Shown piece after piece: positions 25,250-40,139 of a stretch of 64,000 bases of DNA. The translations under genes were made by a program, and so were the position numbers. This stretch comes from Macrostomum lignano (Eukaryota). The notes under the pieces were generated by a model, which ran no database searches, was not told the DNA's origin, and worked only from the letters and a program-made list of their open reading frames with translations. Position 1 is the stretch's first letter. Every line of letters begins with the position of its first letter. The DNA is taken from assembly GCA_002269645.1 (NCBI GenBank), contig NIVC01002519.1, positions 101,358 through 165,357 of the forward strand. Reading direction: 5' to 3'.

Positions 25250-27510
25250 ACATAAACTAAAAAAATCATTAAAACATAAACTCGTGAATTCATAAGCTAA
25301 TGAACTCATAGACACAAACTCATGAACTCATAAACTATAAACTCATGAACTCATAAACTATAAACTCATGAAATTATAAACTAATGAATTCAAATGCTAA
25401 TGAACTCATAGACAAAAACTCATGAACTCATAAACTATAAACTCATGAAATTATAAACTAATGAATTCAAATGCTAATGAACTCATAGACAAAAACACAT
25501 GAACTCATAAACTATAAACTCATGAGCTCATAAACTCATAAACTCATGAACTCATAAACTATAAACTCATGAAAATATAAACTCATGAATTCAAATGCTA
25601 ATGAACTCTTAGACACAGAAACTCATGAACTCATAAACTCATGAACTCATAAACTCATGAACTCATGAACTCATAAACTATAAACTCATGAACTCATAAA
25701 CTATAAACTCATGAACTCATAAACTATAAACTCATGAACTCATAAACTATAAACTCATGAAATTATAAACTCATGAATACTAATGCTAATGAACTCTTAG
25801 ACACAGAAACTCATGAACTCATAAACTCATGAACTCATAAACTCATGAACTCATAAACTCATAAACTATGAACTCATGAACTCATAAACTATAAACTCAT
25901 AAAATTATAAACTCATGAATACAAATGCTAATGAACTCCTTGACACAGAAACTCATGAACTCATAAACTCATAAACTCATGAACTCATGAACTCATGAAC
26001 TCATGAACTCATAAACTCATGAACTCATAAACTATAAACTCATGAACTCATAAACTATAAACTCATGAAATTATAAACTCATGAATTCAAATGCTAATGA
26101 ACTCTTAGACACAGAAACTCATGAACTCATAAACTCATGAAGTCATAAACTCATGAACTCATAAACTATAAACTCATAAACTCAAAAACTCATGAACTCA
26201 TAAACTCATGAACTCATAAACTCATAAACTCATAAACTCATGAACTCATAAACTATAAACTCATGAACTCATAAACTATAAACTCATCAACTCATGAACT
26301 TATAAACTCATGAACTCATGAACTCATAAACTCATGAACTCATAAACTCATGAGCTCATAAACTCATGAACTTATAAACTCATGAATACAAATGCTAATG
26401 AACTCTTAGACACAGAAACTCATTAACTCATAAACTCATGAACTCATAAACTCATGAACTCATAAACTCATGAACTCATAAACTCATAAACTCATAAACT
26501 CATAAACTCATGAACTCATAAACTCATAAACTCATGAACTCATGAACTCATGAACTCATAAACTCATGAACTTATGAACTCATAAACTATAAACTCATGA
26601 ACTCTTAAACTATAAACTCATGAACTCATAAACTATAAACTCATGAAATTATAAACTCATGAATTCAAATGCTAATGAACTCTTAGACACAGAAAATCAT
26701 GAACTCATAAACTCATGAACTCATAAACTCATGAACTCATGAACTCATGAACTCATAAACTCATGAACTCATAAACTATAAACTCATGAACTCATAAACT
26801 CATGAACTCATAAACTCATGAACTCATAAACTCATGAACTCATAAACTCATAAACTCATGAACTCATAAACTCATGAACTCATAAACTATAAACTCATGA
26901 AAATATAAACTCATGAATTCAAATGCTAATGAACTCTTAGACACAGAAACTCATGAACTCATAAACTCATAAACTCATGAACTCATAAACTCATGAACTC
27001 ATGAACTCATGAACTCATAAACTCATGAACTTATGAACTCATAAACTATAAACTCATGAACTCTTAAACTATAAACTCATGAACTCATAAACTATAAACT
27101 CATGAAATTATAAACTCATGAATTCAAATGCTAATGAACTCTTAGACACAGAAACTCATGAACTCATAAACTCATGAACTCATAAACTCATGAACTCATA
27201 AACTCATGAACTCATGAACTCATGAACTCATAAACTCATGAACTCATAAACTATAAACTCATGAACTCATAAACTCATGAACTCATAAACTCATGAACTC
27301 ATAAACTCATAAACTCATGAACTCATAAACTCATGAACTCATGAACTATAAACTCATGAAAATATAAACTCATGAATTCAAATGCTAATGAACTCCTTGA
27401 CACAGAAACTCATGAACTCATAAACTCATGAACTCATAAACTCATGAACTCATAAACTGATAAACTCATGAGTTCATAAGCTCGTAAACTCATTACCTCA
27501 TAAACTCATA
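25250..27510. repeat. Complex 8-bp-unit satellite (aactcata/aactcatg/aactata) with higher-order punctuation
   Basis: Variant 8-mers are interrupted about 11 times by aattcaaatgctaatgaactcttagacacag. Confidence 0.95.
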
Positions 27511-27617
27511 AACTCATAAGCTCACAATAATATTAGCTATAATTTCATAATCTCGTTCACTCATAATCACTCATCAAACCATGCTCGCAGAACTCACCAA
27601 CTCATTCAATCACTCAC

Positions 27618-28083
27618 CGTCAAGAAATTCTTCCAGATAGTCTCCGAACTCCGCCCTGCTCCCGTCCTGATCAAACTGCTGCAGCGCCATCAAAATGGAA
27701 GTTCGCCTAGTGATGCTTAGCGACAAGCTGCTGTTTCGACCTCTGGGCTGCAAGAACGGACTGCTGCCTGCTTGGAACATTGGACTGGACGAGCCTCCCA
27801 CAAGACTTGGCCTGGGCGTCGGGCTTGGCGGCGGCATCAAGCTGGCCGCCTCATCGCCGAAGCCTTCAGCTGGTCGGACGGATTCTGGGCGATGATGATT
27901 CAGCTGAGGATTCTCGTCTATCGATGTTAAAGCCATGCTCTCCGAGACTGTTGGATTTTTGTTTCTCAACAACCTGGCCTTTTTTCTCTAATAACCGACC
28001 GAAGCTTGCCGGCTGCTCGCTTAATTTTAAACAAGAGAGGGTTGGGGATGGCGGCCCAGCCGGGTCTGGGGAGGCTGCAAGCT
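27618..28083 (-). CDS. Coding exon (S/P-rich), either an alternative first exon of SLC4A11 from ATG 27936 or an exon of the upstream unresolved gene
   Basis: Strong acceptor (tctcccattcgcgcag, 28084) and donor (gacg|gtgagt, 27617). 466 nt, which is one base more than a phase-1 to phase-1 exon. Removing one base from the T6 run at 27980-27985 gives an open frame ..LLEKKARLLRNKNPTVSESMALTSIDENPQ..LEEFLD. Confidence 0.6.
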
Positions 28084-28409
28084 CTGCGCGAATGGGAGAA
28101 TAAAGATGAAGTGCAGGCTGGATGGCATAGGAAGACGAATGACTGATGAAGGAAAGTCTCTCTGTCTGTCGTCTCTTTATAATTGTCGGGACTAGGAAAT
28201 AATTAATTTCAGGGCTGATTTGAATAAATATGCCAGTGGATACACATACACTATATGTAAATATATTCATAAAATTTTAATCATTGCTGCGTCGTTTGAC
28301 AGGTGCGGGTTTAAAGTGAGCCTGGAGGAGAGGGGCATCAAGGAGAGGGAGGGTGAAGCTTTGAATTACTTTTTAGATTAGGGCTTCTCCGATCGATGCA
28401 GAAACATAA

Positions 28410-29960
28410 AATGACTCATTTTAGCGCCAGTGATGACTCTCATTTTAGCGCCAGTGATGACTCTCATTTTAGCGCCAGTGATGACTCTCATTTTAGCGCC
28501 AGTGATGACTCTCATTTTAGCGCCAGTGATGACTCTCATTTTAGCGCCATTGATGACTCTCATTTTAGCGCCAGTGATGACTCTCATTTTAGCGCCATTG
28601 ATGACTCTCATTTTAGCGCCAGTGATGACTCTCATTTTAGCGCCATTGATGACTCTCATTTTAGCGCCATTGATGACTCTCATTTTAGCGCCATTGATGA
28701 CTCTCATTTTAGCGCCACTGATGACTCTCATTTTAGCGCCAGTGATGACACTCAGTTTAGCGCCAGTGATGACTCTCATTTTAGCGCCATTGATGACACT
28801 CAGTTTAGCGCCAGTGATGACACTAAGTTTAGCGCCAGTGATGACACTCAGTTTAGCGCCATTGATGACACTCAGTTTAGCGCCACTGATGACACTCAGT
28901 TTAGCGCCACTGATGACACTCAGTTTAGCGCCATTGATGACACTCATTTTAGCGTCAGTGATGACACTCAATTTAGCGCCATTGATGACACTCAGTTTAG
29001 CGCCATTGATGACATTCATTTTAGCGCCAGTGATGACACTCAGTTTAGCGTCAGTGATGACACTCAATTTAGCGCCATTGATGACACTCAGTTTAGCGCC
29101 ATTGATGACATTCATTTTAGCGCCAGTGATGACACTCAGTTTAGCGCCATTGATGACACTCAGTTTAGCGCCAGTGATGACACTCAATTTAGCGCCATTG
29201 ATGACACTCAGTTTAGCGCCAGTGATGACACTCAATTTAGCGCCATTGATGACTCTCAGTTTAGCGCCAGTGATGACTCTCATTTTAGCGCCACTGATGA
29301 CTCTCATTTTAGCGCCATTGATGACTCTCATTTTAGCGCCATTGATGACACTCAGTTTAGCGCCAGTGATGACACTCAGTTTAGCGCCAGTGATGACACT
29401 CAGTTTAGCGCCATTGATGACACTCAGTTTAGCGCCACTGATGACACTCAGTTTAGCGCCACTGATGACACTCAGTTTAGCGCCATTGATGACACTCATT
29501 TTAGCGTCAGTGATGACACTCAATTTAGCGCCACTGATGACTCTCATTTTAGCGCCATTGATGACATTCATTTTAGCGTCAGTGATGACACTCAATTTAG
29601 CGCCACTGATGACTCTCATTTTAGCGCCATTGATGACATTCATTTTAGCGTCAGTGATGACACTCATTTTAGCGCCACTGATGACTCTCATTTTAGCGCC
29701 ATTGATGACACTCAGTTTAGCGCCAGTGATGACACTCAGTTTAGCGCCATTGATGACACTCAGTTTAGCGCCAGTGATGACACTCAGTTTAGCGCCATTG
29801 ATGACACTCAGTTTAGCGCCAGTGATGACACTCAGTTTAGCGCCAGTGATGACACTCAGTTTAGCGCCATTGATGACACTCAGTTTAGCGCCTTAGCGCC
29901 ACTGATGACTCTCATTTTAGCGCCACTGCTGACACTCAGTTTAGCGCCACTGATGACTCT
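28410..29960. repeat. 24-bp minisatellite (atgactctcattttagcgccagtg), about 62 copies with variant units
   Basis: Tandem units; they explain three long ORFs at 28378-29988. Confidence 0.97.
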
Positions 29961-30504
29961 CACTTATAATGTAATCAATGCAGTTTAGGTCAGAACAGAC
30001 CACTGTATTGCAGAAGCTACTTATGTAACTGAATTCTAGTACTATGATTTCGGTCAAGACGAGGCCGTCAACCCTGAGTGCACCGGAAAGGAGACAACAG
30101 TGCACCCAATGGCGAAATTCAGTTAAAGATTGACCATCGCTCTAAATGCAGCCATTCTTGGGTTCGCCCTGTCAGCTCTGTTACTGTGGACTATATTTGC
30201 ATTGCCTTCATCGCGTCTCAAGGGAGGGACGCGATGTAGCTATAGGGTTTGAGTAGGAGTAGGCTAGCTAGCTGGCGAGGACTTTGCTTAATCCAATCCA
30301 TTTTAGTGTCTTAGCGGGCGGCTCGCTTAAGTTGACCTTCAAGACGCTTTATCGTTAAAGTGGTTGGGCTGGCCTCTCTTATCTCCCCCTCCTGTCGTTT
30401 GTGTCACTCCTCACTGTCTCCTGCGTCTGCACTAGATCTCATCTCCGTTCTCTCACTGTTCTCTCCTTTCTTAAAGAGAATTCTCCCGGCTCTCGTCTTC
30501 AGCA

Positions 30505-31300
30505 TCTCTGATTGTCTCATCTCTGATTGTCTCATCTCTGATTGCCTCATCTCTGATTGTCTCATCTCTGATTGTCTCATCTCTGATTGTTTCATCTCTG
30601 ATTGTCTCATCTCTGATTGTTTCATCTCTGATTGTCTCATCTCTGATTGTCTCATCTCTGATTGTCTCATCTCTGATTGTCTTATCTCTGATTGTCTCAT
30701 CTCTGATTGTCTCATCTCTACTTCACTTCTCTGATTGTCTCATCTCTGATTGTCTCATCTCTGATGCCTCATCTCTGATTGTCTCATCTCTGATTGTCTC
30801 ATCTCTACTTCACTTCTCTGATTGTCTCATCTCTACTTCTCTCATCTCTGATTGTTTCATCTCTGATTGTCTCATCTCTGATTGTCTCATCTCTGATTGT
30901 CTCATCTCTGATTGTCTCATCTCTGATTGTCTCATCTCTGATTGTCTCATCTCTGATTTTCTCATCTCTGATTGTCTCATCTCTGATTGTCTCATCTCTG
31001 ATTGTCTCATCTCTGATTGTCTCATCTCTGATTGTCTCATCTCTGATTGTCTCATCTCTGATTGTCTCATCTCTGATTGTCTTATCTCTACTTCTCTCAT
31101 CTCTACTTCTCTCATTTATAATTATCGCATCTCTTAAATTCTCGCATCTTTAATTCTCTTATCTCCACTACTCTCAACTCTACCTCCTTATCTCTAATTG
31201 TCTCATCTCTACTTCTCTCGTCTCTGATTGTCTTATCTCTACTTCTCTCATCTCTACTTCTCTCATCTCTGATTCTCTCATCTCTAATTCTCGCATCTTT
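30505..31300. repeat. 15-bp minisatellite (ctcatctctgattgt)
   Basis: Tandem units decaying toward 31300. Confidence 0.95.
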
Positions 31301-31439
31301 AATTTTCTCATCTACACTTCTCTTAACTTCCCAAATCATCCAAGCCCTTAATATCAAAGTGATGTTTTCAAAACAGCCTCTCTCAAAGTACACTCAAGTC
31401 TCGAGTATCCATAGAAGTTCCTAACTTGTGGGACCTCAC

Positions 31440-31597
31440 ACGAAGCACTAACGAATTGAGGGTGTGAAGCACAACAGCCTGTTGCTCTCTTGTGAGCTTT
31501 TGAGATGAAGAAATGGCGAGAAATTTCTCAACATTGTTGACACACCGTGCGGCAACCTGAGTGATTTTCCTTGCTGGGCTAAGCCCCGCTCCCCTCC
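31440..31597 (-). CDS. Candidate exon of the unresolved minus-strand gene
   Basis: ctcctcag acceptor, gtgagg donor, open frame GRGAGLSPARKITQVAARCVNNVEKFLAISSSQKLTREQQAVVLHTLNSLVLR, located between two repeat arrays. Confidence 0.45.
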
Positions 31598-31779
31598 CTG
31601 AGGAGTGCAATTGAATTCCCGTGCTATGAATCTGTAAATTCTACGAGTATATCAGATAGCTGCTGAGTTTCCGTTTTTTACTTGCTTTGTTCTGCTTCCA
31701 GTAGCACTGTCCTGTATTTGTCTCTATGCTTCTTGATATTTCCTCTTTCTTATTTCTCGTCTCTCTTACCTCTCTTATT

Positions 31780-32490
31780 TCTCATTTCTTATCTCTCTCA
31801 TCTCTAATCTCTAATCTCTAATCTCTCTTATCTCTCTCATCTCTCTAATCTCTCATCTCTCTAATCTCTAATCTTTCTAATGTCTCATTTCTTTTGTCTC
31901 TCCCATCTCTCTCATCTCTCTCATCTCTCCCATCTCTCTCATCTCTTTCATCTCTCCCATCTCTCTCATCTCTCTCATCTCTCTCATCTCTCCCATCTCT
32001 CTCATCTCTCTCATCTCTCTCATCTCTCCCATCTCTCCCATCTCTCCCATCTCTCTCATCTCTCCCATCTCTCCCATCTCTCTCATCTCTCTCATCTCTC
32101 CCATCTCTCCCATCTCTCCCATCTCTCTCATCTCTCTCATCTCTCTCATCTCTCTCATCTCTCCCATCTCTCTCATCTCTCCCATCTCTCTCATCTCTCT
32201 CATCTCTCTCATCTCTCTCATCTCTCTCATCTCTCTCATCTCTCTCATCTCTCTCATCTCTCTCATCTCTCTCATCTCTCTCATCTCTCTCATCTCTCTC
32301 ATCTCTCCCATCTCTCTCATCTCTCTCATCTCTCTCATCTCTCTCATCTCTCCCATCTCTCCCATCTCTCCCATCTCTCTCATCTCTCCCATCTCTCCCA
32401 TCTCTCTCATCTCTCCCATCTCTCCCATCTCTCTCATCTCTCCCATCTCTCTCATCTCTTTCATCTCTCTCATCTCTCTCATCTCCATCA
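31780..32490. repeat. 9-bp minisatellite (catctctct/catctctcc)
   Basis: Tandem units; they explain ORFs 31877-32575. Confidence 0.95.
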
Positions 32491-33408
32491 TCATCGCGTT
32501 TCTCCTGCCTATTGAAAATTGAGCTTCACTTCCATCATCTTTAATCCCTCTCTTTTTTCTCTCCGCTCTTTTCATTCCGACTGTCCAAAAGCAGGCCTGC
32601 TTATCTTTTCCCGATCTTTTGTTTAAACCGCTTCACTGTTTTCGACAGAGTCAGTGCCTCGAGCGACTTGATTGAAGTCCCATCAAGGCATTCACCATCA
32701 GATTATAATTAATCTGTTATTTACAGTGACGGGCCTCGATCCTCAAATTATACCCATCTAGCCTGCATGACTGTTCAAAGGGTGTGGCAGGCATTCGAAA
32801 ACGTCTTTTAAGGACTCAGCCTTGTTTCCAAACGGTAGCAAAAAGCATGCAATGTCATTCGATACATTTTTAGAATGCTCTAAGATCGGGTTCAAGGGAT
32901 CTGAGATAAACTTGAGGAGATATGTAATAAACTTGAGGAGATCTAAGATAAGCTTGAAGGGATCTGAGATAAACTTGAAGGGATCTGAGATAAACTTGAA
33001 GGGATCTGAGATCTGAGTTCTTTTCAACTTCAGCAGAGAATGAGCTCGAGAATTCTCCCCCCCCCAAGGGATTTGATGAAAATTGCCTAAATTTTTTGGG
33101 AACACGATCTCATTGGGAGGTCTAGGGCGGCGAGAACAAGCGACAGAGAAATATATTGCAGGTGATTGTTACACCTGTGTACTTTTATGCTTGACTGGAG
33201 TAAAATATTTGCTTTTAGGGGCATGCGATATAGCTATTGTCAGTAAATTTTGTTTAAACTGAGAAGAAATTGTCATGATGAGCCTGCAGCCAGCTTTTTC
33301 ATTAATTTAAGTCTTACCTGTTAGCTTAATGTTAAACTAGTATAATTGCCGGTATGCAGCCAGTAGCAAAACAGAGGTTAAATTATTATATCACCAGAAG
33401 GCTGTGAG

Positions 33409-33716
33409 CACCCTGGCGCACTTTAAGCGACATTGTCACACAGCCGGCGAGAGGCATTGCTGCCCATTCCGCCGACTCCCCTGAGCAGGCACACAAGCGC
33501 GCGGATACGTACGCAGGCACACACTCACACAGGAGTGTACAGCGGCCCGAACTTTATTTAACGTTAGGCATGTACAACTTTACTGTGCCTTGGGGGTTGG
33601 CCCTCAATGGCGTTAATAGCACGAGCAGAGCCAAGCCGAGATTCCAATTCAGCCCCAAATTAATGTGACTGCACTTGGAATCGAGCCTGGGCCGCTGGCT
33701 ACTGGGCTACGGCTCC
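33409..33716 (-). mobile_element. SINE family A copy (internal deletion in the head)
   Basis: Near-identical to 7896-8222. Confidence 0.8.
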
Positions 33717-34329
33717 CTTAAATGCAGATTAATAAAAGACTAATCTAAAAACTCTGGCTATAAAAGTACGTTAGAAAGAAAGTAGAATAGCTGGAACATG
33801 TATGCCCTTAAATAAAATCGATAAAATTGAAAAATACAATTAAATTTTGGAGCAGCAGCTCAGGAAGTTAATATTCTTAATCATGAAATTATAACGTTTA
33901 ACAGTCTACTTATCAGTAGAGGAATAGAATATCTTGCGATTCGAAAATACCCATCAAGTTGCACCTGTGCCATTTTACGAGTAATTGCATGGATCGGTAC
34001 TGCCTCACACAGTGTTATGAGGGTGATGACTTTTCACAGCTGGCGAGCTCTGTCACCTTAGCTGTTGGTCTGCAATAAGTCCAATCAATATGGATGGATA
34101 CATAACACCTGTATAAGCTGTAGTGAGCATCAAGTACTTTTGACGAGGGAATTGATTTTTCCGTTGTAGAAAACGCGCCTCACGCCTGAGGAGAAATGAC
34201 TTGCAAAAAGCAACACAGAGTGGGGATTTCACGGCCGCACAAGCATATGCATTACAGCTGTCCAGCTACAGTTGTTGGAAGGGGCTTAATTCCGTCAAAT
34301 CTGCCGCGCGCTAATCCTTGTAAGCTTAC

Positions 34330-35949
34330 ACCAACTATACCCCGCAGCTGCTGAACAATACTTGACGCTTGGCTGATCAGGTACAGATGCGAGCTGGATA
34401 AAACGCACACGTCGTGACTTATTTACACTTGACGGGGCAGACAGACAGACTTTCTTTTCAAGTTAGTCAGTCAGTCGCAAGGGTGGAGCAACACACAATC
34501 TGCAGGTACAGGGAACAGTCAATTAGGGCAGATGAGCTCTGGGCGGAGCACGTGCGCAAGCTTTCGAGACCGAGACGCAGGGGAGTTTTGACACACATTA
34601 ATTGTAAGGTATATACGTAGCGAAAAGATTCTTTGGTAAAGCTAACAATTTTCTTGCAGTTTTCTTTCAAGCCGAATTGTATAGTACTATAAGTAATATC
34701 TTTCATTGAAATTTAAAGTAGCAGAAGGGCGCTGCAGTCGAAAAAATTTACGCCATTCCCTCAGAAGCGTCGAGCCCGAAGATACAAAGATTTCATCGTA
34801 AACAGAGGTTTTCTTTTAAACTAAAGTTCTTTAGCGTTCGCTGTTGAATTAACTTAAAATAAAACGAAATGAACCTAAGATCTGGACATCTAAACTTGCT
34901 ATATAACGAGTGTCCCAAAAAAAGAACACTTTCTACTTTAACTGTGAGTAAATCGCATATAAACCTGTGACTTGACAGTATTGCAGTAAATATTCGCTGG
35001 TGACAGCACTTCCGGAGTGAAAAGTTATACTCTTTGAGACTTGCTTTGTATAGCCAAAGGCAAATATTTTTCGAACTATCCGCAACAACTCACCATTCCC
35101 ATCGGCATTGCGGTAGTACATCGCCAGACTGCCGCCGCTCATGATGCTCATGCTGTCGCAGCCAACAGAGATTGCGCTGCAGCCGGAAACTCGTCTGTCC
35201 TGCTGCTGCTGCTGCTGCAACGACGATGACAAACGCCTGCGAAAGCTGCCGCCGCGATGATCGGGGAGCTCGAGCCGACTCCCAGGCCTCGGTGTACTCG
35301 GAGATGTCATGGTGCCGGATTTTGCGCTAGACTGCTGCTGCTGGTCCGGGGAGCCGTTGATTTTGGTGGCAACAAGAGCGTCGCGAACCTCGGCGTCACA
35401 ACCAGCGTCCTGCGCGTGCTCAGCTTCCGGTACAGCGTCGATCGTGACATCGATTGAGATGGATTGATTGCGCAATTCTTGTCTGGCAACGGCTGTTGTG
35501 GAGCCTACGGTGTCGGGGGGGGGGGTAAAATTAAGAAATTTTGAATTAAGCAGATATAGACATTTTGACCCGACGCAAAATTGAGTTATTCTTGAGCGTT
35601 TCTCAACATTTCTCAACGTTCTTGTGCGGCGTTCCAAGTGGTCAGACTGATATTTTGCTTTAACGAATTCTTCATATTTAACTACATGGCAGAAAATAAC
35701 GGCCTTGGAAAAGCAAAAACGTACCCATGACCAGGACAGAAAAATTGATAGAATTATCGTGACTGTAAAATAACAAAAAACAGCTTATTTGACAAAGCAC
35801 TCAGCCAGTTAGAGGAAGTATTTGTAAATAATTTATAAAGCTTTTTACCAAAGTGAAGACAAGTCGGTCCTCTTGGCAATGCCTTAATTTAAGCTCGACA
35901 TCCTGCTTTTCACTTTCATCCTTCATACTCGAAATTGCTAGAGCTAAGG
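34330..35949 (-). CDS. Phase-consistent exon block of an unidentified large protein
   Basis: 35949-35849 (LALAISSMKDESEKQDVELKLRHCQEDRLVFTL, phase 1 to 0) joins 35703-35045 (AVIFCHVVKYEEFVKAKY..QQQQ..QQQQQQ..YYRNADGNGELLRIVRKIFAFGYT; GC donor aa|gcaagt), which joins 34393-about 34330 (SHLYLISQASSIVQQLRGIVG). No family recognised. Confidence 0.6.
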
Positions 35950-36414
35950 CTGGTGTGAAAATACGGAAAATCAACTATAGGGGGCTCACAACTTATAAAA
36001 TAGGGAGTTTTGTGGTCAATTTTAATTTTTTAGTAATGAAAGCATTCTAGCGAAGGACTTCTATTCATTCTTATTCATCCTATTAAAGCATTTCTCGCGA
36101 GAGCCGAGACCCCACTGCCTCTTGGCGAACGACTAGCTTGAGCGGCCTAACCCGCGCCTGCTCAACCCCTTCTCATGCCACTTCCGCAGGTCCCAGATCA
36201 CATCCCGCATCAGGGGCGCCCAGGCTGGCATGAGATCACGAGAATATAAAATATAGAAGAATGGAAAAAGTTAGAAAAAATATATATTGGAATGGCTTCG
36301 GGCCAGTCACGCACGCGACTGAGATGAGGCTAACGGCAAATTATATGCCTGACTTGCACTGCTCCGCTGGCACCCTTTCACCTGCTGTTTGCTTCCTGTC
36401 GGCCTGCAGTGCCT

Positions 36415-37660
<1,246 letters not shown>

Positions 37661-38119
37661 CCTAAGAGCTGCTGCCCAACTGAAGCCACGAATCGGGTGA
37701 CGCATGTCGTTTAATTAAAAAATCTGTTCATATTTTAATTGAATTTGCGCCGGCTGGAGAGCCTCCAGCACTTTTCTTTCACGACGGCAATCATGAGATC
37801 GCCTTCGCCTCAGCCCCTCCAGCGCTCCGGAGTAGAGGGTGAAAGAAAATCATTTATGGGACAATAACGGCTACAACAAAGTAAAGCAAAGGCTGATGAA
37901 GCGCTGCATTTCCCTAGCTTCTTGTTTTCCACCTGTGCAGCGTTGAGCAGCTGAGCTAGGCTAGTGGGAAATTGAATTTCTTTTGATCGCGACCTGAGCT
38001 GCATGTTGATGAAGACCTGCCAAGCGGCTTGATGTCTTCTCTCTCGCTGCGTCTCATCCCGATTTCTTTCTCATTCGGTCTCTTCTGCTGCCAGCTCTGC
38101 TAGCTTTCATAAGAAAAGA

Positions 38120-38845
38120 GAAGCAGGGAGAAAGATAGAGGGAGCAATATACAGGGAGAGAGAAGTAGGGAGAGAGAAGCAGGGAGTGAGAAGCAGGGAG
38201 AGAGAAGTAGGGAGTGAGAAGCAGGTAGAGAGAAGCAGGGAGAGAGAAGCAGAGAGAGAGAGAAGCAGGGAAGCAGGGAGAGAGAAGCAGGGAGAGAGAA
38301 GCAGAGAGAGAGAGAAGCAGGGAAGCAGGGAGAGAGAAGCAGGGAGAGAGAAGCAGGGAGAGAAGCAGGGAAGCAGGGAGAGAGAAGCAGGGAGAGAGAA
38401 GCATGGAGAGAGATGCAGGGAGTGAGAAGCAGGGAGAGAGAGAAGTAGGGAGAGAGAAGCAGGGAGAGAGAAGCAGGGAGAGAGAAGTAGGGAGTGAGAA
38501 GTAGGGAGAGAGAAGTAGGGGGTGAAACCAGGTAGAGAGATGCAGGGAGTGAGAAGCAGGTATAGAGAAGCAGGGAGAGAGAAGCAGGGAGTGAGAAACA
38601 GGTATAGAGAAGCAGGGAGAGAGAAGCAGGTAGAGAGAAGCAGGGAGAGAGAAGCAGGGAGTGAGAAGCAGGGAGTGAGAAGCAGGGAGAGAGAAGCAGG
38701 GAGTGAGAAGCAGGGAGAGAGAAGCAGGGAGTGAGAAGCAGGGAGTGAGAAGCAGGGAGTGAGAAGCAGGGAGTGAGAAGCAGGGAGTGAGAAGCAGGGA
38801 GTGAGAAGCAGGGAGAGAGAAGCAGGGAGTGAGAAGCAGGGAGAG
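38120..38845. repeat. 13-15-bp purine-rich minisatellite (gagaagcagggagt/gaga)
   Basis: Tandem units. Confidence 0.93.
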
Positions 38846-39244
38846 AGTACCCTTTAGTAGAGATTGCAAGAGAAGGCAGAAAGGCAGCGAGGGAGTGACT
38901 GAGGGAAAAAAGGCCCTGGTCTTGAGAACTGAGAGCAAAGTGCGCGAGAACGCAAAAGAAAGGGTGAGCACCCAGACTTAACGGATGGATCTCGTCATGT
39001 TAAATTTGGAGAAGAAAGGAAGCAAGTGCTCAGGGATGGCGGCGTTCTTGCTGGGTGAGGAGCAGGCAATTATCATTCGCATTGGCTGATGGGCGAATTT
39101 AAAATAACTCTGAATGCTCATCTGACCCTCATCTACCATTATTATGCATATTAGGTGCATTATTATTTTTAAGTTCTATGAGAGTTTAACTTCAAATTAC
39201 TATCGAAATGTTTTAACAAAATAAGCTGCTGCACTTTTCAACTG

Positions 39245-39745
39245 TCATCTGCAATCTACAATCTGCAATCTACAATCTACAATCTACAATCTGCCTTACT
39301 TCTACAATCTGCCTTCCTTCTACAATATACCTTCTACAATCTGCAATCTGCAATCTACAATCTGCAATCTACAATCTACAATCTACAATCTGCCTTACTT
39401 CTACAATCTGCCTTCCTTCTACAATATACCTTCTACAATCTGCAATCTGCAATCTACAATCTACAATCTGCCATCTGCAATCTACCATCCGCAATCTACA
39501 ATTTAAAATCTGCAATCTACCATCTGCAATCTGCCATCTATAACCTTCCATCTGCAATCTGCCATCTATAACCTTCCATCTGCAATTTGCCATCTACAAT
39601 CTACCATCTACAATCTTCCATCTGCAATCTGCCATCTACATCTGCAATCTACCATCTGCAATCTGCCATCTACAATCTACCATCTGCAATCTGCCATTTA
39701 CAATCTTCCATCTGCCATCTGCAATCTACCATCTGCAATCTACAA
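39245..39745. repeat. 7/14-bp minisatellite (ctgcaat/ctaccat); second array at 43335-43520
   Basis: Tandem units. Confidence 0.9.
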
Positions 39746-40139
39746 CCTGAACCATCTAAGGCAAGCTCTCGAGCTTTTAGAGCAGCCATCAGGAATTTGA
39801 AGATCAATTCCATTGGCTATGCAAAGAATTCACAGCACTAAAAGGGTTTGTTAAAGTGCAGTACAGGTCATCTCAGCAATATCGTAGTGTGCTCATTTCC
39901 ATTTGGACCAATTCACTCAGAGTGCTCCCGCGCGGAATTAGGAGTTGTTGCTAGGCCTGCAGACAGGGAACTTCTCTCAACAGAAATCGATGCACCAGAA
40001 TCAGGCGGCCAGGCCATTCTCTTACAGTGTGGAGTTGGCAGCAATAATTTCTAGCATCGATTAATTCTATGAATTTACTTTTTTCGGGACCGCCATTGAT
40101 TTTGCCAATGCCAGATGCTGTGAAGGCTGTGGGTTGCCA

